Part shown: one piece after another, positions 1 through 9,556 of the stretch
Numbering within the stretch: position 1 is the first letter of the stretch
How the letters are laid out: every line of letters starts with the position of its first letter
NCBI GenBank assembly: GCA_020833415.1
Contig: JAJHQJ010000001.1
Location: 10,516 to 74,515, forward strand
DNA: 64,000 nt
Origin: Desulfurococcaceae archaeon
Lineage (GTDB): Archaea > Thermoproteota > Thermoprotei_A > Sulfolobales > NBVN01
Direction of reading: 5' to 3'
Notes under the pieces: model-generated
Seen by the model: the letters and a program-made list of their open reading frames with translations, nothing else
Told to the model about the DNA's origin: nothing
The model's database searches: none
Position numbers and translations under genes: made by a program

Positions 1-801
1 AACGACATATACCAGGGTAAGGCCATAGCTAAGATTATGTGGTTAAGAGGTATAAGGTGGATTATACCGGTATGGAGGGGTGATACCTGGGGAGATGGCC
101 TAGCTAAGTACACCATAACGTACTTCAAGGAGATATGCAGAGCTAGTGGTGAGAGGTGTGGGGTTCTAGAGGAGTATGCTATAAGGTACGACCCAGCCGC
201 TAAGGAGTTCTCGGTGGAGGCTGCGAGGCTTAACGATGCTGTAAGTAGAGCTGTAGCCGCCTACGGTAAGGATAAGGTGGGGGTACTACTAATAAGCTTT
301 GAGGAGGCTGCAGCGTTCTTCGCGGCTGCCAAGGCTTACCCCACATTACTAGAGGTTAAGTGGCAGGGCTCTGACGGTACAGCAGCTATAGCCCCCCTAC
401 TCGAGCCGGCTGTTGCTGAGGTAGTAGTTAAGGTAGGCTTCTACAACACCATGACCTCCCCAGGGGTCTCACCCCACGGTGAGAAGATAAGGAAGGTGGT
501 GAGGGAGAAGTTGGGTATGGAACCCATGGGCTATACGTACTTCGTATACGACATAGCCTGGACCATAGCGCTAGCCTTAGATGCTGTAGGTAGGTACGAC
601 CCGGTAGCAGTAATGAACACCCTACCACTAATACTGGAGATGTATTTAGGTGCATCAGGGTACATAAAGCTAGATGAGAATGGCGATAGAGCTGTGGGAG
701 ACTACGATATCTGGGCTGTAGTTAGAGTTGGGGAGAAGTACGAGTGGAAGGTTGTAGGGCTCTACAAAGGTCTTACGGAAACTGTTGAGTGGTACATATA
801 G
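1..801 (+). CDS. ABC-transporter substrate-binding protein (LivK / type-1 periplasmic-binding-fold like), 5' end outside window
   Basis: Frame is open from base 1 (NDIYQGKAIAK precedes the listed Met at 37). LivG/LivF-type ATPase genes follow directly. Family call rests on context and loose resemblance. Confidence 0.5.
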   Translation, partial: NDIYQGKAIAKIMWLRGIRWIIPVWRGDTWGDGLAKYTITYFKEICRASGERCGVLEEYAIRYDPAAKEFSVEAARLNDAVSRAVAAYGKDKVGVLLISFEEAAAFFAAAKAYPTLLEVKWQGSDGTAAIAPLLEPAVAEVVVKVGFYNTMTSPGVSPHGEKIRKVVREKLGMEPMGYTYFVYDIAWTIALALDAVGRYDPVAVMNTLPLILEMYLGASGYIKLDENGDRAVGDYDIWAVVRVGEKYEWKVVGLYKGLTETVEWYI

Positions 802-829
802 TTTTTAGCTCTTTTTACTTCTCATCTAT

Positions 830-1633
830 GTGGGTATAGGTTGCCCGGGTGGTACCTTGAGTACTATCCTCGAAACAGTAAACCTAGTTAAGCGCTTCGG
901 AGGTCTTGTAGCTGTTAATAACGTTAGCATCAAGGTTAGGAGGAACAGGTTAACGCTACTAATAGGTCCTAACGGAGCTGGTAAGACTACCTTAGTTAAC
1001 GTATGTACGGGAGTTCTCAAACCTGATGGAGGTAGGGTACTCTTCAGCCCCCATGGGGACGAGGGCAAGGTACTCGACATCACCGGCTGGCCCTCGCACA
1101 AGATATACCGCACCGGGTTTGTCAGGACCTTCCAGATACCCCAGCCCTTTCTAGCTCTAACAGTACTGGAGAACGTGCTGGTAGCTCTAGGAGGTAGGGG
1201 GGAGAACCCGCTGGTAGCCCCGGTTAGGCGTCTGTGGGTTAGGGATGAAGAGGAGAGGGTGAGGAAGGCCTTCGAGATACTGAAGAGGGTTGGGCTAGAC
1301 AGGTACTGGGACTACGAGGCCTACAGGTTGGGTGCTGGGCAGCTTAAGATGCTTGAGGTTGCTAGAGCTCTAGCTACCGGGGCTAAGCTGATAGCCCTGG
1401 ACGAACCCATAGGTGGTACGGACCCGGCCTACGCTAGTGAGATCTTCAGGTACATCAGGGGGCTACTGAAGGTGATGGACGTAACGTTCCTAGTGATAGA
1501 GCATAGGATAGACATAGCCCTACCCTACGCGGACTACGTCTACGTAATGGATAGGGGGCGGGTTATAGCTGAGGGTAGCCCCGACGTGGTAGCTAAGGAC
1601 CCGAGGGTTATCCAGGTCTACATAGGTGAGTAG
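830..1633 (+). CDS. livG: branched-chain-amino-acid-type ABC transporter ATP-binding protein (LivG-like)
   Basis: Walker A GPNGAGKTTL, Walker B LIALDEP, LivG-type C-terminal tail DPRVIQVYIGE. True start may be a few codons downstream. Confidence 0.85.
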   Translation: MGIGCPGGTLSTILETVNLVKRFGGLVAVNNVSIKVRRNRLTLLIGPNGAGKTTLVNVCTGVLKPDGGRVLFSPHGDEGKVLDITGWPSHKIYRTGFVRTFQIPQPFLALTVLENVLVALGGRGENPLVAPVRRLWVRDEEERVRKAFEILKRVGLDRYWDYEAYRLGAGQLKMLEVARALATGAKLIALDEPIGGTDPAYASEIFRYIRGLLKVMDVTFLVIEHRIDIALPYADYVYVMDRGRVIAEGSPDVVAKDPRVIQVYIGE

Positions 1634-1635
1634 GT

Positions 1636-2343
1636 ATGCTGAGGACGCATGTGCTAAACTCAGGTTACGGTAAGCTTAGGGTGCTGTTTAACGTTGAGTT
1701 TAGTGCGGAGCCGGGTAGGATAGCAGTAGTCGTAGGTCCTAATGGAGCTGGTAAGACCACGCTACTTAACAGTATAACGGGGTTGGCGACAATACACTCG
1801 GGCAAGGTGTTCTACGGGGGTATCGATATAACTGGGCTACCACCGCATAGGGTAGCTAGGTTAGGTATCTCGTACGTACCTCAGATGGGTAACGTATTCG
1901 CCGACCTAACCGTTGAGGAGAACCTGAGGGTTGCCGGCTACCTCCTGCCAGAGTCTAAGCTGAGGGATAGGGTTGAGCTGGTCTACAGCATGTTCCCCGT
2001 ACTGAAGGAGTTCAGGCATAGACGTGCAGGTACTCTAAGCGGTGGTGAGAGGAGGATGCTGGCTATAGGGATGGCCCTAGTTAAGGAACCGACCACCATG
2101 CTACTCGACGAGGTAACGACGGACCTAGCCCCGATATACGTAAAGAAGGTCCTCGAGAAGGTGATTGAGCTAAGGGATAGCCTAAAGCTCACCGTAGTCC
2201 TAGTAGAGCAGCACGCCTTGAGAGCCCTGCAGATAGCGGATAAGGCCTACCTACTCGTTAGTGGTACGGTAAGGTACGAGGGAGACCCCCAGGAGCTGCT
2301 GAGGCACCCCGAGTTCTCAAAGCTTTACCTAGGCATCAGTTAA
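1636..2343 (+). CDS. livF: branched-chain-amino-acid-type ABC transporter ATP-binding protein (LivF-like)
   Basis: Walker A GPNGAGKTTL, signature LSGGERRML, Walker B MLLDEV. Starts 2 nt after livG. Confidence 0.85.
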   Translation: MLRTHVLNSGYGKLRVLFNVEFSAEPGRIAVVVGPNGAGKTTLLNSITGLATIHSGKVFYGGIDITGLPPHRVARLGISYVPQMGNVFADLTVEENLRVAGYLLPESKLRDRVELVYSMFPVLKEFRHRRAGTLSGGERRMLAIGMALVKEPTTMLLDEVTTDLAPIYVKKVLEKVIELRDSLKLTVVLVEQHALRALQIADKAYLLVSGTVRYEGDPQELLRHPEFSKLYLGIS

Positions 2344-2385
2344 TCCTTGGGAGCTCTAGCTCGGGGCTTACACTGCCTAAGCTTT

Positions 2386-2578
2386 AGCGTTCCCCCGCTA
2401 ACGGTACTTGGTTATATCTGCGCGCATTCGTACTCCCGTTAGCGGGGTTGGGCCTCGGTGTGGGTTCACCGGCTTCGCCCACGCCCCACGGGCTCCCGTC
2501 GAGCCCAGCGCTAGGGGCTCCCATCCGAGTCCGTGGAGTCGCCGCAACGCGGATCGTCCAAGAAACTATGATACTAAG
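2386..2578 (+). ncRNA. unclassified structured element, copy A of a two-member family (copy B at 39060-39250)
   Basis: About 190 nt aligns with 39060-39250. Identical 12-bp stem CCCCGCTAACGG/CCGTTAGCGGGG (2393-2404 / 2436-2447). Later stems keep pairing through compensatory changes. Only low-complexity shadow ORFs overlap. Strand is tentative, based on a G-U pair on the plus strand. Confidence 0.45.
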
Positions 2579-2677
2579 TTTACGGGTATCCACAGATACT
2601 TAAACCTACCATCAGTTCTGTAATAGCCTTAGGAGACGCTTACCTTTAAAGGCGTTTATAAACTACTGCTCCAAAGT

Positions 2678-3367
2678 ATGAGAGGCGCCATGGTACTCAA
2701 GAAGCTCTTCGGAAGTTCGGAGAGGGAGTTACTGGACCTCCTGAGGAGGCACCTAGCGCTCTCTAGGGAAGCCCTGTCTATGTTTACTAAACTATTAGGG
2801 TCCCCGGATAGTCTAGGACCCGAGGAGCTGGTCAAGTACCGCTCTACCGTTATAAGGTTGGAGAAGGAGGGGGATAGGATATACGATACAGCGGTAATGC
2901 AGGTCCTCAAGGGGGCTCTCCCGCTACCTCTAGTAGCTGACCTCGGTGTACTACTCGACGATTTCGACGATATCCTGGACCTGATATACTTCGTAAATAT
3001 GGAGCTGACTAGGGGTATTAGGGTAGGTATACATAGAGCTAGGGTGGTCCCAGAGGTCTACTCCCTCTGTGCTAGGATGGCTGAGAGGGCCCTCAAGGCC
3101 ATAGACTCCCTTGAGGCCATACTGGTTAGCGTTACTAAGAACCTAGCCAAGGCCTCGGAGGAAATGGCTAGGGTAGACGTGATAGAGGATGAGGTAGACG
3201 AGATTAAGAACGAGGCCCTCGAGGTTATCTACGAGCGCTCGAAGGACCTAGACGTACTTACCTTTACCCACCTAGTCGAGATGGTGAGGTCCCTCGATAC
3301 TGTAGTAGATAAGATCCAGGACTCCTCCCAGGAGCTCGTCAGGATCTTCACAGCGGTATACTCCTAG
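2678..3367 (+). CDS. DUF47 / PhoU-like phosphate-transport regulator family protein
   Basis: N-terminus (M)VLKKLFGSSERELLDLL and an all-helical ~220-aa body are typical of COG1392/DUF47. Followed by a polytopic permease, as in DUF47-PiT pairs. Confidence 0.55.
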   Translation: MRGAMVLKKLFGSSERELLDLLRRHLALSREALSMFTKLLGSPDSLGPEELVKYRSTVIRLEKEGDRIYDTAVMQVLKGALPLPLVADLGVLLDDFDDILDLIYFVNMELTRGIRVGIHRARVVPEVYSLCARMAERALKAIDSLEAILVSVTKNLAKASEEMARVDVIEDEVDEIKNEALEVIYERSKDLDVLTFTHLVEMVRSLDTVVDKIQDSSQELVRIFTAVYS

Positions 3368-3377
3368 GGTAGTGTAG

Positions 3378-4280
3378 ATGACACCGGCTCAAGCCCTCTT
3401 CCTGGGTGCCACCTTCGTAGCGGTACTTAATAACGCTAGCCTAGCGCTAAGCGCTCTGCAGTGCCTTAGGGTAGAGCTCAGGAGACTGGCGCTGTTAGTA
3501 AGCTTCGCCGGGTGGGTAGCTGGCTACGTAGTTGAGGGACCTAACTTCAGCCTACCGCAGGTCGGTAACCTAGGCGTATACTTAGTCCCACTGAGCCTGA
3601 CCGCCCTACTTACACTAGTTAACTACCCGACCTCTATAACACAGCTCTACGTAGCTACCCTCCTAGGCTACTCCCTAGCCTGCGGGTACTCCGCGGGTCT
3701 CTACGCAGTAGTTAGGATCGCAGTAGCGTGGCTTCTCTCATTTATCGCCGGGCTACTCCTATCAGCTACCGTGTACAGGTTGCTGAGGTTAGTCCTCAGC
3801 CGGCTCGAAGTATCTAGGGTACTAACCCTCTTCAGGGTAACCGCCCTACTGTACGTCTTCTTGCTATCGTACGTCCTAGGGGGTAACCTACTGGGCTTCC
3901 TAGCGTCAGCCCTGGGTGTAGGCATTCAGTTAGATAACACTCTACTAGTCTCCGCAGTAACCGCTGCAGCCCTCCTAACCGCTCAGCTCAGGAGGGCTCC
4001 CCTAGGTATAGCTAGGGTACTATTCCCAACTAGATACGTCTCCACCCTAACCCCCTACACGGTAGCTCTAGTACTAACCCAACTAGCTAATAGGTTAGGG
4101 ATACCCCTAGTGGTATCCCTGGTAATGTTCTCCGCAACCCTAGGTACAGGGCTATCTTCAGGCTTCAGCCTACTCTACAGGTACAGGGTACCCCTATACC
4201 TACTCCTATCCTACGTAGTTCCGGTACTCACATCCCTGCTAGCAAGCTACGGGCTTACCCTAGCCATAGGTACTACGTGA
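3378..4280 (+). CDS. polytopic membrane protein, possibly a divergent PiT-type permease
   Basis: About 9-10 hydrophobic segments and a position downstream of a DUF47 gene. The expected GANDVAN-type signature reads NNASLALS, so the call is weak. Confidence 0.4.
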   Translation: MTPAQALFLGATFVAVLNNASLALSALQCLRVELRRLALLVSFAGWVAGYVVEGPNFSLPQVGNLGVYLVPLSLTALLTLVNYPTSITQLYVATLLGYSLACGYSAGLYAVVRIAVAWLLSFIAGLLLSATVYRLLRLVLSRLEVSRVLTLFRVTALLYVFLLSYVLGGNLLGFLASALGVGIQLDNTLLVSAVTAAALLTAQLRRAPLGIARVLFPTRYVSTLTPYTVALVLTQLANRLGIPLVVSLVMFSATLGTGLSSGFSLLYRYRVPLYLLLSYVVPVLTSLLASYGLTLAIGTT

Positions 4281-4364
4281 AGGCTCTGCACAGAGCTGAA
4301 CCGAGGAACGCGGGAGGGGTCACAGCTGTAATCTCACGTCCGGACGGGTCGACTAGAGAGACAG

Positions 4365-4404
4365 CCCCTCCCCATCCTAAGGGGTGAGGCTCTTAGTTGC
4401 AAGC
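4365..4404 (+). repeat. GC-hairpin-plus-tail repeat (family also at 46219-46254 and 62344-62380)
   Basis: cccctccccatcctaaggggtgaggctcttagttgcaagc. Shares the ...CTAA.GGG.GAGGCT.TT.GTTG.AA.. pattern with the two other loci. Confidence 0.5.
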
Positions 4405-4422
4405 CAGCATTCCTTCATAGGA

Positions 4423-6462
4423 CTAGGACTCCTTATTCCTCTCAAGGCTTCTGTTCAGCCTGTACTCCGCTATAATCCTCTCCACGTCCTCTAGGGAGAG
4501 GATCCTCCTCTCCAGCTCTCTAGCCTTCCTTATCTCGGTTACCCTCTCGACAGCGCTGCTGAGTACTGACATCACAGGGCTCCTGACCAGTGCCACACCC
4601 TCTATACCTCCGAGGTCTACGGCCTTAGCTACCGGGATGGCGAGCTCCTCTATAGCCCTCTCCACCACCTCGTCAGGTACGCTATCAGGTACTAGGATCC
4701 TCAGCTCGCTCCTCTGTAGAAAATCGAGGGCACCCCTCAGCTCCTCTAGCGATACCCTCTCCACGTAGACCGTCTCACCCTGTCTTAGGGGGTCTAGTCT
4801 CAGTAAGCTACCTACCGAGGGTACCTTCCTGAGGACCAGTACCTCCCCTAGAGCCACCTCCGGGAGTAACCCGACCAGCTTATAGTAGGACTCCCTAAGC
4901 TTAGCGTACTCGTACCTGTAGTTATCCAGGTCCCTTATAGCGTTTAGGAGCCTCTGCGTAAGTTCGTACACCTTACGGTCCTTCAGTAGACTCTGGGATA
5001 TACTGTTCAGCCTACTCTCCACAGCCTGGTTAAGCCTGGTCAGCTCCTCCTCTAGGCTCCTAACCCTGGCTACGAGCTCCCTCCTCTCAGCCTCTAGGGA
5101 GCTGATGTAGCTCTCCAACCTCCTGATCCTACTCTTAAGCGACTCCTCAGACTCCGCAGGTTTAGGCGCGTGGGAGCTCTCCGGGGCTTGGGTATAGCTC
5201 TCGACCTCACCGAGGGACTCCTCTATCAGCTCCTCCACTACCTCAGCTATCGTAGAGCCTTCGATAAGCTTAGCCTTATATTTCCCTAAGTCTAGGGCTA
5301 GCGGGTCTAGCCCCATCTCGGCGAGCCTCTCCTCAAGCTCCCTAGCCTTACTCTCCAGGTACCTGTAGGCCTCCAGCGCAGCTGCTAGGGCGTCCCTGAT
5401 GTGAGTGTTCCTAACCTCCACCCCGTGCTCCTCCGCGTACTTAGAGACCGCGAACTCCTTCTCAGATACCTCGAGGTCCCTCTCCGGGGAGTAAACGCGG
5501 GCCCCGAGGGCGGCAGCGACCTTCCTAACGAAGTCCGGGGGCTGACACTTATCCGTAGCTACGACGAGGCACCTCCCGAGGTTCCTGATGATGGAGATCA
5601 CGTCCTCCCTATCGAGTCCCCTACCGGACTTTAGTAGAACCACGTTCCCGTTCAGGTCTATGGCAGCGATACCCACCTCGATACCGGGGTCTATACCAAC
5701 GATGAGGTACCTCTGGGCCGCTGGTCTAGAGAGGAGCAGGTTCCTAAGTAGCTGGGGGTTGAGCACAGGTCTTATCCGTACAACTACGTCGTAACCCGAC
5801 TCCTCCCTTACTAAACCCCGGATACTCTCCGGGTCGCTGTACACCGTAAAGACGGCCGAGTCTATACCGCCCCTACTCCTCCTAATGGTAAGGTCGTAGT
5901 CTATGGACCTGGACTTCAGCCTCTCCTCGATCTTCCTAACTACCTGGGCTACAGCGGCCCTGAGGTTCCTCTTAAACCTAGCCTCACTCGAACCACCAGC
6001 CCTACCGGAGCGCCCCCTGTGTACGTATATCTTAACCTTCTTACCAAACACCTCGACCTCCTCGCCGACCCCCCTACTAGCTAGGATGGCTACTACGATA
6101 GCTGTGAGCCTAGGGCTGAGCTTACCGTGGGGTACCTCCAGACCCACCTGGCGTGCGACAGTACGTACATCCCTCACCCCATCCTCACCTACGTTTACCT
6201 GGACGATCCTAGTATCCGGTGGTAGGAGCTTGAGGAACCTCAGTAGGTTCCTAACGCTACCACCAAGCTCCAGTATGTTGTCGACAGCTACGACTACCGG
6301 TTTAAACTCCCATAGAAGCCTTATTAGGCGGGCTGCGGGAACCTCATCCACCTTAACAACCCTACCCTCCCTTACGATAGCTACTGAGTAGACGTAGTTA
6401 CCGAGCTTAGGGCCCTGCCTAACTACGTCTACCCCGAAGTAGGTCCTCTCCCTAGACTCCAT
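4423..6462 (-). CDS. DUF460 (COG2433)-like archaeal protein with RNase H-fold segments and a long coiled coil
   Basis: 679 aa. GIDPGIEVGIAAIDLNG (RuvC/YqgF-like) core, central heptad-rich ERRELVARVRSLEEEL region, size typical of DUF460. Confidence 0.55.
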   Translation of the reverse strand: MESRERTYFGVDVVRQGPKLGNYVYSVAIVREGRVVKVDEVPAARLIRLLWEFKPVVVAVDNILELGGSVRNLLRFLKLLPPDTRIVQVNVGEDGVRDVRTVARQVGLEVPHGKLSPRLTAIVVAILASRGVGEEVEVFGKKVKIYVHRGRSGRAGGSSEARFKRNLRAAVAQVVRKIEERLKSRSIDYDLTIRRSRGGIDSAVFTVYSDPESIRGLVREESGYDVVVRIRPVLNPQLLRNLLLSRPAAQRYLIVGIDPGIEVGIAAIDLNGNVVLLKSGRGLDREDVISIIRNLGRCLVVATDKCQPPDFVRKVAAALGARVYSPERDLEVSEKEFAVSKYAEEHGVEVRNTHIRDALAAALEAYRYLESKARELEERLAEMGLDPLALDLGKYKAKLIEGSTIAEVVEELIEESLGEVESYTQAPESSHAPKPAESEESLKSRIRRLESYISSLEAERRELVARVRSLEEELTRLNQAVESRLNSISQSLLKDRKVYELTQRLLNAIRDLDNYRYEYAKLRESYYKLVGLLPEVALGEVLVLRKVPSVGSLLRLDPLRQGETVYVERVSLEELRGALDFLQRSELRILVPDSVPDEVVERAIEELAIPVAKAVDLGGIEGVALVRSPVMSVLSSAVERVTEIRKARELERRILSLEDVERIIAEYRLNRSLERNKES

Positions 6463-6664
6463 CGGCTTGCCCCAAACCCGGTTAGCTCCTTCCGAGCTCA
6501 GCTACGTAAACGCGTTTAAAAGTTAGCCCTCCCATAGGGTTTGTTGATTGTCTAGGAATGCCGCACCCCCGCCCCACCTACGCCCTATAGGGTTGCGATC
6601 GAAGGCCCCATCTTAGAGGCAGGGGGTCGGCTGGTTTAGGACCGCCTTCAGCCCTATATAAACC

Positions 6665-7996
6665 TTGCTCGGGTTAAACCTGTTGGTGGATAGTGTGAAC
6701 CTACCCCCGGAGCTAACCAGGGTTATAGAGCTTACGGCTAGTCACAACAGGTGGAGGAGGTTTGAGTGCATAAACCTAATAGCTTCAGAGAACGTCATGT
6801 CCCCCCTAGCTGAGGCAGCTTACTTTACGGACATGATGCACAGGTATGCTGAGGGTAAGCCGGGTAAGAGGTACTACCAGGGGAACGTATACACGGATGA
6901 GGTAGAGCTACTAGTGATGGAGCTCATGTCTAGGCTCCTCAAGGTTAGGTACGTAGAGCCTAGACCTGTAAGCGGTACGGTAGCTAATGCGGTGGTCTTC
7001 AGGGTCCTGGCAAACCCGGGCGATAAGGCTCTAATAGCCCCCGTGCAGGCGGGTGCACACGTATCTCACACTAAGTTCGGTACCCTAGGGGCCCTGGGGA
7101 TAGAGCACATAGAGCTACCATTCGACCTAGACTCCTGGAATATAGATGTGGATAAGGCCGTTAAGCTCATAGAGCAGGTGAGGCCTAAGTTCGTAACGCT
7201 GGGCGCCTCGGTCTACCTGTTCCCACACCCAACTAAGGAGATCTCCGAGGCGGCCCACGCCGTCGGTGCTAAGGTAGTTCACGACGTAGCCCACGTACTG
7301 GGGCTGATAGCTGGTGAGAGATGGCCTAACCCAATACACGAGGGAGCCGACGTCGCGACCTCCTCAACGCATAAGACCTTCCCAGGTCCTCAAGGGGGGT
7401 TAATATATACTGATGATGAGGAGATGTACAAGCTGGTATCCAGGTACGTCTTCCCGTGGTTCGTAAGTAACCATCACCTCCACCGCCTACCGGCGACCGC
7501 CGTAACAGCTATCGAGATGATGTACTTTGGGGAGGCGTACGCGGAGCAGATAGTTAGGAACGCTAAGGCCTTCGCCGAGGCACTAGCGGAGGAGGGCTTT
7601 AAGGTATTAGCTGAGCACCTGGGCTACACCAGGTCGCACACCATAGTAGTAGACGTTAGACCGTGGGGTGGTGGGGCTAAGGTAGCTAAGCTACTTGAGG
7701 AGGCTAACATCATAGTAAACAAGAACCTACTCCCCTGGGACTCACCAGAGGCTGTCAAGGACCCGAGCGGTATTAGACTCGGAACACAGGAGATGACCAG
7801 GTTCGGCATGAGGGAGGGTGACTTTAAGGAGGTAGCGCGTTTCATGAGGAACGTAGTTATAGATGGTAGAGACCCCACGGAGATTAGAAGGAAGGTTGTG
7901 GAGTTCAGGAAGAACTTCCTGGAGGTCAGGTACGGGTTCGACGTACCTAAGGAACTCCTCGAGAGGAGCTCCATAAAGATACCCATGCTCCTGTAG
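6665..7996 (+). CDS. glyA: serine hydroxymethyltransferase
   Basis: INLIASEN near the N-terminus and the PLP-lysine motif [13 protein letters not shown]. Confidence 0.9.
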   Translation: MLGLNLLVDSVNLPPELTRVIELTASHNRWRRFECINLIASENVMSPLAEAAYFTDMMHRYAEGKPGKRYYQGNVYTDEVELLVMELMSRLLKVRYVEPRPVSGTVANAVVFRVLANPGDKALIAPVQAGAHVSHTKFGTLGALGIEHIELPFDLDSWNIDVDKAVKLIEQVRPKFVTLGASVYLFPHPTKEISEAAHAVGAKVVHDVAHVLGLIAGERWPNPIHEGADVATSSTHKTFPGPQGGLIYTDDEEMYKLVSRYVFPWFVSNHHLHRLPATAVTAIEMMYFGEAYAEQIVRNAKAFAEALAEEGFKVLAEHLGYTRSHTIVVDVRPWGGGAKVAKLLEEANIIVNKNLLPWDSPEAVKDPSGIRLGTQEMTRFGMREGDFKEVARFMRNVVIDGRDPTEIRRKVVEFRKNFLEVRYGFDVPKELLERSSIKIPMLL

Positions 7997-8015
7997 ACCT
8001 GGGTCAGCGGTACTA

Positions 8016-8031
8016 GACCTTCCCCAAGGTC
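8016..8031. terminator. perfect 6-bp hairpin (GACCTT cccc AAGGTC) between convergent genes
   Basis: Lies 20 nt after the glyA stop and 31 nt after the stop of the minus-strand gene. A role in termination or stability is inferred only. Confidence 0.25.
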
Positions 8032-8061
8032 CTCCCTAAGCTACTGAGTAGTTTCTCTAAG

Positions 8062-8886
8062 CTAGATGTAGTAGGATAGGAGTAGGGCTAAGGCTAGGGG
8101 GACTACAAGGTGTGAGAGGTCTCTACCGCTTTTAGTGAGCTCCCGGTCGATCTCGTAGAGGGACCTCAGCTCAACCTCCTTTAGCTCCGTGAAGGGTTTG
8201 CCTACCTCAACCTTAGCTAGCTCTAAGTAGGCTCTAACCAGTACGTCGTTAAGCTCCAGACCCTTCTCCACTAGGGTCTTTATGGTGGACCCTACCTCAA
8301 GTACCGTGTTGAGCTTCCTAGTCAGGAAGTTCAGCTCCCTAATACTCGTTGAGAGGACCTCTAGGAGCTCACCAATTGAGAGTCTCTCAGATACCAGCCT
8401 AGACTGTGTAAGCCCCCGTTCAGCTAGTACTAAACCCTCACCGCAGTACGTCCTCACCCCCTCGAAGAGGGCTAGCGTATCCTTCGGGTCGTCCACTTGG
8501 AGTAGGGACCTCAACATCCTCCTGAAGCTCCCGACGAAGTTCTGCTGTCTCAGTGAGTAGGCTACCGAAACTGTAACCGGGATGAAGACCAGGTTAACGG
8601 ACTGCCTAGCTCTAGAACCCAACCTCTTGTGGGACCTAGCTAGGGCTGTCTGCACTATCCTACCCAACCCAATGGTAAGCGGCGTCTCCCTACCGGAGCC
8701 TATACCTAGTCCAGCCTCGTAGGCCTGACCGTAGGTATCCAAGGACGAGGTGAGGGTAAGTAGGTAGTCTTCGATATACCTAAACCTAGTGGAGAACCTA
8801 TGGGGGGCTCCAGGCTTTACGTAGGAGTACACAGCCATCTCCACAGACTCGACCAGCCTACCTATGTAATCTAGCAGAGCTCCCAA
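8062..8886 (-). CDS. hypothetical protein with C-terminal membrane anchor
   Basis: 274-aa ORF with ordinary composition and a hydrophobic C-terminus (LVVPLALALLLSYYI). No motif recognised. Confidence 0.45.
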   Translation of the reverse strand: MGALLDYIGRLVESVEMAVYSYVKPGAPHRFSTRFRYIEDYLLTLTSSLDTYGQAYEAGLGIGSGRETPLTIGLGRIVQTALARSHKRLGSRARQSVNLVFIPVTVSVAYSLRQQNFVGSFRRMLRSLLQVDDPKDTLALFEGVRTYCGEGLVLAERGLTQSRLVSERLSIGELLEVLSTSIRELNFLTRKLNTVLEVGSTIKTLVEKGLELNDVLVRAYLELAKVEVGKPFTELKEVELRSLYEIDRELTKSGRDLSHLVVPLALALLLSYYI

Positions 8887-9052
8887 CCGCCATACTTACT
8901 AGCTGTGTGCTTTAATGTACTGAAGGCCTAGCTCCGCAGGAACTCCCACGTGTATGCCGTACCTCAAGGACTGTGGGAGAGGAAAGCTCTCTAAGAGGTT
9001 CTAACCAGTAACCTCCCGAACTGGGTGTTCACGACTGAAAGAGCCTAGCAAT

Positions 9053-9481
9053 TTATGGCTGGGAGGAGGTCAGGCCGCTCGAGGCTGAGACCCCCTCAAA
9101 GAGTAGTCTCTGGAGGGTCGGTGATCTCTGGGTTAGTAGGACCTCCAGGGCTATGTTGAGTAGGGTCTCGCACTCCACCTCAACATCTCTGAGGCTGTTG
9201 CGGGCTACCGCTAACTCGTATGCTACTAGGTGGTAGCAGGTACCCTTAGCCCTCCTCACTACGACGTTCAGCTCGAAGTCCTTACAGGTGCAGAACCTCC
9301 TCGGGAATACTAGGTAGTCCCTCTCCCTACCGTGGAAGACGTAGAGCTCTATCCCCTCCCCACCCCCTCTACAGCGTAGTCTAACTACTCTACGCTCGTG
9401 GACAGCCTCGAGGGCCTTCTCAGGGGGTTCTAGAAGTACCTTGGAGATTGCCTCGGGCACCTCCCTGTAGTCTAGGGACAT
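9053..9481 (-). CDS. SWIM zinc-finger domain protein
   Basis: C-x-C...C-x-H pattern: FCTCKDF ... GTCYHLVA. Confidence 0.6.
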   Translation of the reverse strand: MSLDYREVPEAISKVLLEPPEKALEAVHERRVVRLRCRGGGEGIELYVFHGRERDYLVFPRRFCTCKDFELNVVVRRAKGTCYHLVAYELAVARNSLRDVEVECETLLNIALEVLLTQRSPTLQRLLFEGVSASSGLTSSQP

Positions 9482-9556
9482 TAAAATACCTACCTCCTAT
9501 ATTGAGTCTAAGGTAGGGTTAGTCGCCCCCCAGCTCTAGCAGTAGCCTTCGGGTAC

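Noticed and set aside
2386-2578. Whether the paralogous element is RNase P RNA, SRP (7S) RNA or a second 5S
   Set aside because: No GAAAGUCC-type P4 strand, no SRP helix-8 GGAAG..AGCA signature, and no similarity to the 5S at 48439-48569. Two copies would also be unusual for those RNAs. It is left unclassified.
2384-2623. Listed ORFs 2384-2593(-) and 2408-2623(+), and likewise 38930-39199(-), 39058-39276(-), 39340-39522(+) and 10573-10794(-)
   Set aside because: They overlap the paralogous structured elements or tRNA genes. Their translations are P/G/R/A-rich with no motif. The conservation pattern between the two loci follows base pairing, not a reading frame.
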